Of a DNA stretch of 64,000 nt, positions 1 to 11,769 are shown one piece after another. A program made the position numbers and the translations under genes. This DNA comes from Torpedo marmorata (lineage: Eukaryota): contig OZ360223.1 of NCBI GenBank assembly GCA_977017645.1, forward strand, positions 37,572,001-37,636,000. The letters run 5' to 3'. A model generated the notes under the pieces. The model did no database searches. It was given only the letters and a program-made list of their open reading frames with translations, and had not been told where the DNA came from. Positions within the stretch are counted from its first letter, which is position 1, and each line of letters opens with the position of its first letter.

Positions 1-203
1 TTTTCTCTCCAGCCGTCTTTTCCAAAGTTTTTCTCCAAGTGTCCTTTTCACAGTTTGTCTCCCCCTGATATCTCTCTCTGGTAAATACAAGAAGTCCTGT
101 GCAAGTTAACTCTTTCAGTACCAGGTCCCAGTGTGTACTCCAAAAGACTTCATCCTTCCTGCTTACCGTCCGCAGTCCAAACTGTCAGTCATGGTCCATA
201 ACA
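1..203 (-). mobile_element. Possible LTR (Gypsy-type) cut by the window start
   Basis: Minus strand starts TGTTATGGACCATG at 203, a TG-start typical of LTRs. No partner LTR or internal region is visible. Confidence 0.25.
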
Positions 204-1465
204 TCAGTGAAATAGAAACTGGTGTTTTTAAAAAAAATAAAAATAAAAAATAAATTAAAAATCTTATCAGTAAAATGTTGCTGTCCTGACATATCTAACT
301 TTATTTCTGCAATCTTTGAATTATTGCACGAAAACTAGCAGTTAATAATTTTGATACCATTACACATGACCTTGTTTGCATTTATTATGCTTCCAATCAG
401 AATAATTTTTTTTAAATAAGAGCAAGACAAAAAGATGATGAATGGTGGGGAAGAATTAAATCTTTATTTCTGAAAATTAAATTCTGTACATTTATACATT
501 TCATTCCTTATTTACATACACAGTATATTTGTGCATGTATCATAAATCCAGAGTTGAGCTGTCCTGGTGGAACATGTGGTGATCAAGCACTGAGTCGGCA
601 GTAAATTTGGCTCATTTCATCACATTGAGAATTGGTTGATTGGTCAATATTTGGTTAGATTGAATTTTTCTTCTGCTTTATGCAAACAAAAGATAATATG
701 GATCGCATTCCACTTCGCAGGAATGGTTACATTATTATTGTTCTGGATTAGTTTGGCTAAAATTGGAATTAGTTCTGGAGTTCAGGTCTTCAGCAATACA
801 GCTTGGGTCTTTTCAAGGTCGTTGTGCTGTCCTGGGTGTTTCTTGCTGCTGCTTAAGATTAATCAAATTGGCTGGGGTCTGTCTTCTGTAACCTTGAGAG
901 AAGATGAAGGTGAATAATCGACCTACACTGGCTGCTTTGGCTTTTGTACTTGCACGCTGCGTTTGACCTCATTGAGGATAACTAAACTGTGATGGAGCTG
1001 TTGCTTCCTTAATATGGAAGCGTTGTAGAGCTTTGACCTGATTTTTTTTGTGTGGAATCATTAGTGTGCTGCACGTCAAGTACTTTTGTGGTCTACATGA
1101 TGCCCATCTTGGAATGCTGTTCTACACTTTACTGAATCAGAATTCATCTCCCAATTCAGTAGTTATGGTGGGGTGAGAAATACATGAGGTTATAGTTGGT
1201 CATAGTTGTGTACCTGTCAATGATGGTATCAGTCCATAATCTAAGCTATTTATACCAGATGAGTGACACAGCACTACAAAAGGTATTTTTGGTAAGATGC
1301 GGATTTTTAAAATTTCCATACAAGGACTGGCAGTCATGTCTCCTACATGATATTCATTGACAAAAGTATGTCTATGGCAAGTAGATTGAGTAGGACAAGG
1401 TTGTGGGGTTTTCTTTCATGTTGGTTCTGAATTTTACACCTATGTCACTAACAATTATAGAGTTG

Positions 1466-1557
1466 TAAAAAACACAAATGCTGGAGAACTCAGCAGGTCA
1501 AACAGTGTCTTTTATGTAGCAAAGGTAGAAATACATAACCGACGTTTCGGGCTTGAG
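1466..1557 (-). mobile_element. Penelope-like element terminal fragment
   Basis: Near-identical to 1960-2050 (aaacacaaatgctggagaactcagcaggtcaaacagtg...gacgtttcgggcttgag). It is truncated where the CR1 fragment begins. Confidence 0.7.
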
Positions 1558-1559
1558 GG

Positions 1560-1915
1560 TTGTAGTCTGGCAGCACTGAAATAGGCCCACAGGCCCAGCA
1601 TTTCCATGCCAGACAATGTGCCCTCATTCTTTACCCACTTGTTGGCAGTAGGCCCATACCCCTCTTCTCTCCCATCGCTGTAGTTATGCAAGTATTGCTT
1701 AAAGGAAAGTAACATACCTGCCTCTATGACTTTGTCTGGCAGATTGTTCCATATGCCCACCACCCTCTGAAGAACTGTCCTCACACATCCCTTCTAAATC
1801 CAATCCCCTCACCTTTTGTTATGCCCGCTTGTCTTAGATTCTCTTTTTATCAGAAACAGACTGACACTATTCACTTTGTTTATGCCCCTCATGATTTTAT
1901 AGACCTCAATAAGAT
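1560..1915 (-). mobile_element. CR1-type LINE 3' fragment
   Basis: ORF 1512-1784 reads QRVVGIWNNLPDKVIEAG..FKQYL, the CR1 ORF2 C-terminus, followed by a CR1-type 3' tail. Confidence 0.75.
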
Positions 1916-1919
1916 TCCT

Positions 1920-2700
1920 AAGTAAAACACGAAAATCTGTAGACACCGTGGTTGAAGTAAAAAACACAAATGCTGGAGAAACTCAGCAGGTCAAACAGTG
2001 TCTTTTATGAAGCAAAGGTAGAAATACATAACCGACGTTTCGGGCTTGAGCCCTTCATCAAAGTATGAGAAAATGCCGGCAGGCGTTCGAACAAAGGAGT
2101 GAGGGGGGAAGGGGGGGTGGCAAAGGCAGGAGATAATAGGTGGAGAAAGGAGGGAGGGGACAGCAGCAAAGAGGGGGAGGAGGAGTGGGTGGAAAAAACA
2201 GGAAGGACACGTGAGGGGGGAGGGGAAGGAAAAGACATGCAGGTTTAGTGGAAAGCAGAAAAGTCAATGTTAATGCCATCTGGCTGGAGAGTGCCCAGAC
2301 GGAAAATGAGATGCTGTTCCTCCAATTTGCGGGTAGTCTGGGTGGGATAGTACATAAGGCCATGGGCAGACATGTGAGTGTGGGAGTGTGACTCGGAATT
2401 GAAATGGCTGGCTACTGGGAGGTCGCTGTTGTTGCGGACGGAGAGGAGATGCTCAGCAAAGCGATCTCCCAATCTACGACCGGTCTCTCCGATGTAGAGA
2501 AAGCCACAAAGGGAGCACCAGATGCAGTAAATAAGTTCTCTGGATGTACGTGAAGTGTAGTTTCACTTGAAAGGCCTGTTTGGGGCCCTGGACCGTGGTG
2601 AGGGGGGAGGTGTGGGCGCAGGTGTTGCACCTCCGGGCACAGGGGAAGGTGCCGGGGGTGCGATAGGTGGAGAGGGATGAGTGCACGAGGGAACCTCCCA
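1920..2700 (-). mobile_element. Penelope-like retroelement (GIY-YIG endonuclease end plus pLTR)
   Basis: ORFs read GPKQAFQVKLHFT and GDRFAEHL..VASHFN..KLEEQHLIFRLGTLQPDGIN, the C-terminal GIY-YIG domain of PLEs. Confidence 0.85.
2027..2067 (-). ncRNA. Minimal hammerhead ribozyme motif (type I, C3U variant) in PLE pLTR
   Basis: Minus strand CAUACU-UUGAUGA-A-GGGC-UCAA-GCCC-GAAAC-GUC-GGUUAUG contains the core boxes, a stem II hairpin, a palindromic ACGU mini stem III and a GUC cleavage triplet. Confidence 0.65.
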
Positions 2701-5281
2701 CTCTACACTGACAAAGGTGAGACTGTCTATACAATGAATATTGAACTCCTCCGCCAGAGCACATGTTGTACTTCTTCCAGATAGTGCTCAACATTAAAGA
2801 GCACTGACTCATCAGGTATGGAAGCACTACTGTTGATAATCAAAAATTTCCTTGTCAATGATGTACTGAGGATTCTTGGTATTTAAATTCAGAGCTACTG
2901 CTTCCCAACTTCATGCCACTTGTGCTGCCACCTCTGGTAAAACTCTTCCATTAGTAGCACAAGAAATGAGCAGGAATGTGATGAGATAAATTAGCCACAT
3001 TTATGCATCTGTTCATCGATCAGCCTGTGGCACAGCTTCTTCCATTTTGATGCAAGTCCTCAATAAGAGTAAGGAAAACTTTAGATTTGCTTTTATTTCT
3101 GAATTTAATACTTTTGTGGTCTGTATCTCATGGTGGCTTTTAAACATCCGATTCACTTGATAAGCCCATACTATTAGGACATCTTAAAGGTTGACGTCTT
3201 GCTCATTGGCTGGAATCTCATCTAGGATAGATAGTGGATTGCAGATTTCCTTCTCAAAATCACCTGGGCTTTTTCCAGGATCCAGTACTGCTGATAGTCG
3301 CGCTTTTATCCAGACGTATTGAGTTAATTTTAAATTCCTCAACCTCTATTGGTTTGATTTCAACTTCTTCCCAAATCACTTCTCAAGGTCCCTGTTTTAG
3401 TAGTGCAGCAAAATAACCATTGCATTTACTATACTGTTTTACATACTGGTAAAATATTGCAACCACTACCTAAAATTTGACATGGTTTCCTAGGCACCAT
3501 GGGAATTTAATTGATCTGATTTCCCATATTATACTGAATTTGAGCTAAGCAATCATGAGTAATATTGATTTGCCTGATCATATTCCTGAATGTGGAGAAC
3601 AATGTTAAATGCTGAATAAAGCTAATGTCTCCAAATAAATGTGTTGTTAAACTCCTACAATTTCAAAATGTTTTAGCACTAAAGTCATTTAGCAATCCAC
3701 TGTATTGGTGTAGAATTTCAAGGCACCATGTAACTCAAAAATTTACAAGGTGATTGTTGAATACAAGAAGTTTCTAATATTGGACAGCACTGAATTTTTC
3801 GATTGAGGGAATCAACATTTGGAGATCAGCAAGAAAGTATGGGATCAGTCATGATTGTGAATTGCAGATCTGGTTCAAAAGATCAAATGACTTAATCTTG
3901 TTTTTTGTGTTCTTACTGGGTTTGCCAGGCAGCAGTGAGATGCTGTGCAGAAAATAATCAGTCTGAACTGCCACTGACTACTTTTAACAGTTTTGAGTGC
4001 CATTACCAGATGATGTTTATCTGCTTGTATCTTCATTACAGAAAATAGTTTGTAGCTTTGGGAAAAGTCAGAATTGGAATATTTCATAAGCAGGGTAACT
4101 GCTTGGTATAATAAAACTAATAAAGATATTTAATAAATTTTTAGTTATAAATTTGCCAATAAATATTCTGGGTTTTATAACACAAATTGCTTACAAATTA
4201 TTAATTTATTAACTCTTAATGGTTGCAGATTCTGAATAATGTAGTTTGTAATAACATTGTCATTATTTATTTGCAATAGACTATTAAAATGCATATTTTT
4301 CCTGATGGAGGTTTTGCATTTGTATAGTGGCTTTTCTGATATTCAAAGCATCCAAACAAAATGAATTCTAAATTTTGAATTGTTAGGCTAGATTGCAGCA
4401 AAGCTGGCCTGTTAAGAATTTGTCTGTGGCCTCCACCTCTCCCTCTCCTTTCCTGTTTCTCAGCATTTATCTGACCCAGATGCAGAGGATAGATCTTGGT
4501 GACCCCCCTCCACATGGTAATTGGGTAACAAGGGCATTGTCACCCTTCAGCTCCATCCCAGAAAGTCCATAATAGCCTTTGACAGGTTTGTGTGACAAGC
4601 TGGCAGGCTTCTTCATTTTTTAAAATATCTCTGATATTAATATTGCTGAACGCAAATTTGAAATGTTGCATGAAAAGGGGATAGGGAATGCGGAAAAAGA
4701 GTGCAACCTATGGAGGAGCAGGGAATCAAACTTGGAATTTCTGCAATAAACCATGTGTGGAATTGCTAAAGTTGCTATCTCGTGGTGCAATGATGATGAA
4801 TGTTATGTGTCCTGATTGGAAAATTCAGTCCAAAGTGTTTCAAAATGTTTAAAAATTATTTCAAGAAATAAAATTTACAAACTGGTGGTGTTAACAAGTT
4901 TACCAAAAGGAAATTTAGGATTATTTTTGTTTATAAGCATTGCTTACATTCTGATATGGTAGATTAAGATTGTTAAATGTGAAGTACTCATAGCAGATGA
5001 CCAAAGGAAGCTATTTGTGTTCAGTAAGTTTTTGGTAATAATTTTTCGTGGTTTTTATACCTTGTTGATGTAAAAGTTAAATCTGCTTTCCCCTTCCCCA
5101 CCCCATTACATCTATTTGCACATGATCAATTTTATTTTTTAATTATGAAGTTTTTTCTTGTATTTAGTAGTTAAAAAACTGTAGATGTTATATCCACCCA
5201 GCTAAATTATTTACAATTTTGAGTCACTACTACAAATACTTTACTAGTGTCTTGTTTTTTCCCCTTTATATTCATTTGCAG

Positions 5282-5380
5282 GCTGGACGGTTTTCCACCA
5301 AACGTCTGAGAGAGTGACCTATAAATCTAATAGCAAACCTCGTACCAGATTCCTCAGTGGGCCTGTGTCTTTGTCCATCT
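5282..5380 (+). CDS. WNK2: WNK2 internal coding exon (99 nt, phase 1-1)
   Basis: Polypyrimidine tract plus cag acceptor; encodes GWTVFHQTSERVTYKSNSKPRTRFLSGPVSLSI, matching the human WNK2 segment GWTVYHPTSERVTYKSSSKPRARFLSGPVSVSI as I recall it; donor GTTTGT. Confidence 0.9.
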
Positions 5381-8242
5381 GTTTGTATTTGTTCTTTTGT
5401 ATTTGAACGAATCATCCATCTTCTCTTGCTGTCTTGGTCCATTTTATATTCTGCAGGAAGCCTGTTTTTTTTTATTTTTTAGCCCATTAAAAAAAATTAT
5501 TGGTTATCATTGCACATTTTCATTTCATATACAAATGCTTTAGTGCACTGCTTTTGGCTCATCACTAAATACTAAAGGCATATGTGGAAGAGCTCATCTT
5601 CTGTGCATAAAATGTTATAATATAAAGTTTATATGAAAATTTATTGAGTGTACCAAAGCTTTTGTATTTAAGTGTAATTTGTTTTTAAGTAGTCTTTTCA
5701 GTTTTCCCAAAATATTACAAATATACAAGTCTGCTCCCCTAGCATCTTATTTCACCAAAAAATGGATAACTCAGAGCTCCTATAGAAGACTGGTCTCTTT
5801 CACACATGTTTCGACAATGAAGACTTGCATGTAACAAGCTGGATACTTAGCTGTGTATCTCCTTGATGCAATACTAGGAAGGTCACTGGAGGCTACAACT
5901 CCTCTTAAAGGACTGTTGAATATTTTTAATATTTTTACACTTGTATCTTTGAGATGTCTGCATGTGAAAAATTATGAAACACCAGTGCTCCAGTTAGTGT
6001 TCAATAAAATTACCTAACATGGTTTTCAATAGCTTTATGCAGCTCATTCATTTGAATATTTTCTATTCATTTATCACACTTGTAACCATACCATCATTTT
6101 CCTAATAGTTTATAAATTGTTAAGTAAAATATATTTAGGATGCTCTAATTAGTGTGTTATGAGTTATAATTATTTATGCGAAAGATAATACTTTATCTTG
6201 AAAATCCTGGCTGGAGCACTAGAATTGATCCAGTTATGCTGTTGTGAAAATTGCCATATTTATAAAATGATTTGTTTAAAGAACACCTTTGTATTTTAGA
6301 AAAATCACCGTGTTTCTCCTGAAAATTCACTTTAATTTTTAAGATGACTTTACTTTTGAACAAAACTTTGTGCTCTCAGTGCTTGAAAGCAAGGAATTTG
6401 GAACAGCATTACTAGTATTCAAGGACTTGGCCAGGCATATGACAGTTATGGTTAGAGACGAGGTTAGAGACGACTAGCCGAACACCAATTTGCAGGTCAG
6501 GAAGCAAAGGCTATGCAGTCACATCCTGAAATATTATTCACAGATAAGTTGGTGCTGCATAGCAAAAGTTGATTTTACTGTACATCTCGCATTTGCACTT
6601 CAACAACTTTGCTGACTGCACGTTGAACTTTTTGTTGTGACATCCATTTTTTGAAATTGATGTGTAAAATTTTAGAGGTCTTCACCAGCTACTTAAAAGG
6701 AAGCATCTCAAGAGCAAAAGCAGCTTGGCATGTTTGTTCTAATTAATCCATTTTGAGCAGTTATGAATAAATGCAGAAAGTTTCTATTGAATGGTAAATT
6801 TTAATTTGTCAAGTAGTAAGTAGCATGTGTTTATCAAGCAATATTCTTGCATTCAAAATATAATAGCAGTTACTTTCTGTAATTTACTGATTGACAATTG
6901 ATACTTTTCCAGTTATTGTACAAGATTTAAATAGCACTCTGAGCACACAGTTTTATACCCCATGTGTGAATCACAATTTATTTAGTTTTCTGAATTAGAA
7001 TATTTTTTTAAATTATTTAATTCTTTCAATATTGTATTTCTGTATGGGTTTTGAATGTATAAAGGTATATTTTCCTCTCAGGTCCTGAAGGCCATTGAAA
7101 TTATGTAAAGTGACAATTTTATTTTATTTTGAAGAAATGCCCAGTTAAAAATTTGGCATCATTAATTTTGGAAAAGGTCAATATTTTTGCTAATTAATTT
7201 CTTGGGTTGAGTAAATGCTTTTAATGGTATGTGTTTATGAATTAGGGTCTTCATTGCAAATCCTTATTGAAAAGGTATTATTTTGATCATGGCTGCTTGC
7301 AGAATGTAATCTAAAAATTCCATATTAAAATCAACTTTTACAATATCAGCAAGCAATAGAAATTCTGTGGTGCCAATAACAAATGTACTAATGCATTTGT
7401 ATACTATCAATTTAGAAAAAGATAATTGATTTAACTACTTTATTAATTTTGCAATATGATTTTTAAACATCAAAAGTGAGAAAGTAAAGGAACATTGCTG
7501 AACAGTGCAACATGATTCACGTGCTCTGACTTATGAAGGAGAATCTATAGATGCTGAAGTAAAATACTATAGTCATGGGAGGGAGTTGATGAGAATATAA
7601 AAATGAAAGAAAATAGGATTAATATAAGATTAGTGTAAATCGGTTGTTGGTGGACTCATTGGGATGAAGGGTTTAGTTCAATGCTGTATCTCTCCGTGAT
7701 TCTATGCAAGAAATTAAACTAAAACTAGAAATGCTGGGAGCATTCTGCTCAGGCAGCATCTAGTGAGATTGTGGCAGTATTAATGATACATGTTTTACAA
7801 ATTTTTGTTAAAACCTGAAATGCTAACTCTGCTTTGTCTTTCCACTTACAGATTCTGATTGACCTATTGAATGTTTCCACCTTTTTTCTTGCATAGTTTC
7901 ACAAGTGTCCTGGCAGTAAATGTGGTAGAGTTTTCCATTTGTTTGTGTACAATGTGAGATGCTTCCTGACTCATGAGGTGAAGTCCAGGAGGTATTGGAA
8001 ATTGAATCTGGTGCATATATTGTTATACATCACTATTGTACATCAAAGCACTCCAGGTGTGAGTGCAATCGCCAGTGATAGCTCTAATCCAATTTCCTTC
8101 CTGAGACAACTATTGGAAAATAAATTACTGGTACAGGTAGGTTTTTAAAAATTATTTTCCAGAGTTACATAATTGTATTTACCAGAGGAGTTTGCATATT
8201 TGTGCAAGATGGTTTTGAAATATTTTCTTGAAGTTAGTTTAA

Positions 8243-8502
8243 CCCTTTGGACTCCGTGTCCATGTTTTCAGGGACTACCAACAGGCGCATATACTCCATG
8301 TCCCACTTTTCAGGGACGACCAACAAGTGCGTATACTCCGTGTCCCACTTTTCAGGGACGACCAACAAGTGCGTATACTCTGTGTCTCAGTTTTATGGGA
8401 CTGGTTTTATACCAAACCACCAGCTGGTTCGTACTGGTATTTGTACTGGGCCCAGTCCGGACTATATATTATGAAATGTTAAAAATGGCCAGAGCCAAAG
8501 GG
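8243..8502. mobile_element. Non-autonomous piggyBac-type MITE with internal 42-bp tandem repeat
   Basis: TTAA|CCCTTTGG...CCAAAGGG|TTAA (TTAA at 8239-8242 and 8503-8506). About 3 internal copies of tatactccgtgtcccacttttcagggacgaccaacaagtgcg. Confidence 0.8.
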
Positions 8503-8513
8503 TTAAAACATTT

Positions 8514-9820
8514 AGAACCACAGAACATTAAAGCACAGAAACAGGCCCTTTGGCCCTTCTAGTCTGTGCCGAACTATTTTTCTGCCTTGTCCCACTGACC
8601 ATAGCCCTCCATACCCTTCCCATCCATGTACCTGTGCAAATTCTTCTTAAATGTTAAAATTAAGCCCACATTTACCACTTCAGCTGGCACTTCATTCCAC
8701 ACTCTCACCACTCTCTGTGTGAAGATGTTCCCCCAAAATTTTCCCCATTCACCCTTAACCCATGTCCTTTGATTTGTATCTCACCTACCCTCAGTGGAAA
8801 AAACCGACCTACATTTACTCTGTCTATATCCCTCATAATTTTAAATACCTATCAAATCTCCCCTCATTCTTCTATGTTCCAGGGAAAAAAGTCCTAATCT
8901 GTTTATCCTTTCCCTGTAACTCAGTTCCTGAAGTCAGGGCAACATCCTAGTAAATCTTCTCTGCACTCTTTCAATCTTATTGATATCTTTCCTGTAGTTA
9001 GGTGACCAAAACTGCACATAATACTCCAAATTTGGCCTCACCAATGTCTTGTACAACTTTAACATAACATTCCAACTCTATACTCGATTCTTTAATTTAT
9101 GAAGGCCAATGTGCCAAAAGCTCTCTTTACAACCTTATCTACCTGTGACACCACTTTCAGGGAACTATGTATCTGTTTTCCCAGATCCCTCTGTTCTACT
9201 GCACTCCTCAGTGCCCTTCCATTTACCGTGTATGTCCTTGGTTTGTCCTTCCAAAATGCAAGATCTCACACTTGTCTGCATGAAATTCCATCTGCCATTT
9301 TTCAGTCCGTTCCCAGCTGGTCCAGATCCCTCTGCAAGCTTTGAAAACCTTCCTCGCTGTCCACAACGCCTCCTATCTTTGTCATCTGCAAACTTGCTGA
9401 TCCAATTTACCACATTATCATCCAGATCATTGATGTAGATGAGAAATAACAATGGTCCCAGCACTGATCTCTGAGGCACACCACTAGTCATAGGCCTCCA
9501 GACTGAGAAGCAATCATCCACCACCACTCTGGCTTCTCCCGCATAGCCAATGTCGAATCCATTTTACTGCCTCACCATGAATACCGAACGTCTGAACCTT
9601 CCTGACTAACCTCCCATGTGGGACCTTGTCAAAGGCCTTACTAAAGTCCACGTAGACAACATCCACAGCCTTTTCTTCGTCAACTTTCCTGGTAACCTCC
9701 TCTTAAAAACTCAGATTAGTTAAACACGACCTACCATGCACAAAGCCATGTTGATAATCCCTAATCAGTCCTTGGCTATCCAAATACTTGTATATCCGAT
9801 CTCTCAGAACACCTTCTCTA
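8514..9820 (-). mobile_element. CR1-type LINE, 5'-truncated
   Basis: ORF 9165-9527 reads [28 protein letters not shown] (RT). CR1 3' tail near 8514. Confidence 0.9.
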
Positions 9821-10679
9821 GGTTTAACCAAAAAGTTGACTGTGTACACAATAGACATGGGAAATGCATGCTTCCCATTATGCTGATACCTTCAATTAAA
9901 AGTAGCATATCTATAAATTGTATCATGTAACACAAATATTTTTGTGCTATTTGAATGAATGTCTAAATGATGACTGTTAAACCCAATCCATCATGCATAA
10001 GAGGCTGCTAGAAATTCAAAATCAGAATCGGGTTTGTTGTCATGAACATGGCAGCAGTATTGTGCATTGCAGGTGCAAAAATTTCTATAAATTACATTTC
10101 CGAAAATACACTATTTAAAAATAAATAATTTGTGTAAAAGATTAGAAAAAAGTGAGGTAGAGGCGCTCTCCCCTCTCAGCCCCCTGATCCCGCCCTACGA
10201 TTTCCCCCCTCCACCTCTGGCTCCACATCAACATCGGTCCCCTGACCCCACCCCCTCCTTTATATTTAATCCCCCCTCTTATATTTAAACTGCAGTGTAT
10301 GCAGTATTAAGATAACGGTACTTACTGCACTTTCCCTTGTTTAGTTTATTACCTCAGATATTTGTGTGCTAATCCTAAATGTTGCCCTCCAGAAATGATC
10401 GAATGAGATTTTCTAAGGCCTTGCCTATTATACTACTTGTGCCTCCCTTGTAAGTCATTCTAGTTTGGGGAGTGGAAGCTTTTCTGTTGTCCCTTACACA
10501 GAGAACAGGTGTGGTTTGAGACCCAGCTGACTATTCCTCACTTTTATTATGTGTAGACAAGAAATGGATCTTTGTGTATAGAGACTATTGAACTGCTTTG
10601 AAGACCCAACGGTCCCCTCTGTCTCTTATTAGTATGGTTGCAGGAACACACAAGTTTCCGTGTTTCCTGAATTCTGGCT

Positions 10680-11272
10680 TTCAGAATCAGAATTTATTGT
10701 CATGAACAAGTCATGAAATTCGGTGTTTTGCGGCAGCACCATAGTACAAACATTCATAATATAACCATCTTACGACATTACTATAAAAAATATATAAATA
10801 ATAGTGCACGAAAAGTAAGGCAGTGACTTTGGTTCATTGATTATTCAGGAATCTGATGGCAGCGGGGAAGAAGCTGTCCTTGTGCCGTTGAGTGCTCGAC
10901 TTTAGGTTCCTGTACCTTTTTCCCGATGGTAGCAGAGTGAAGAGGGCATGACCTGGGTGGTGGGGGTTTTTGAGGACAGAGGCTGCTTTTTTAAGACACC
11001 GTCTCGTGTAGATGTCCTCGATGGAGTGAAGTCTGGTGCCTGTGATGTCACAGGCCGAGTTAACAACCCTCTGGAGTTTATTCTTGTCCTGAGAGTTGGC
11101 GCCTCCATACCAGGCAGTGATGCAACCAGCCAGAATGCTCTCCACGGTACACCTGTAGAAGTTTACGAGAGTCTTCAGTGACATACCGAATCTCCTCAGA
11201 CACCTCACAAAGTATAGCCGCTGGCAAGCCTTCTTTGTGATTGCATCAACGTGGAGGCTCCAGGATAGATCT
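10680..11272 (-). mobile_element. Rex1/Babar-type LINE 3' part
   Basis: ORF 10834-11337 reads [45 protein letters not shown], with a (TTCTGA)n tail at 10680. Near-identical to 35625-36212. Shorter tail fragments occur at ~10020-10160 and ~39260. Confidence 0.85.
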
Positions 11273-11769
11273 GTACTATACTCTGATATCATCAGAAGTA
11301 ATGTTAAAAAATGTGGGGAAATTGTGCTCATTTCCATTTGTCAGATTTCTCCACTGCCTGCTACTGGTGAGTTGGGGTTGCTCGTCAATAACAGGAAAAA
11401 CATTTAAACATTGTAGATTTGGCTAATATTGTTGAACAACTATCTAGATCTCCTTCTGTTGCCTTGTGCAGTGACTCAAATCTCTCATGAGCATGCCTGT
11501 TGTTTTGAACACCTTGTCTTGTCCCAATTTTGGCTCATCGCAACTTACTAGTTGAGTATTAACGAAGAGCAGAGCAAGTACAGTGAATAGTTACTTGATT
11601 TTATTTTGCCTACAAATATTATTTCTATTAGCAGTTGTCTTTCCTAACTTTGTTGCTTTGTTTACATTTAAATTTGGGTTCAGAATATTGCTGTGAACTC
11701 TATAATACAAATAATACAGAAGGTGCAGGATCAGTTCATTCCAAAGAGGAAGAAAGATTCTAAGGGAGT

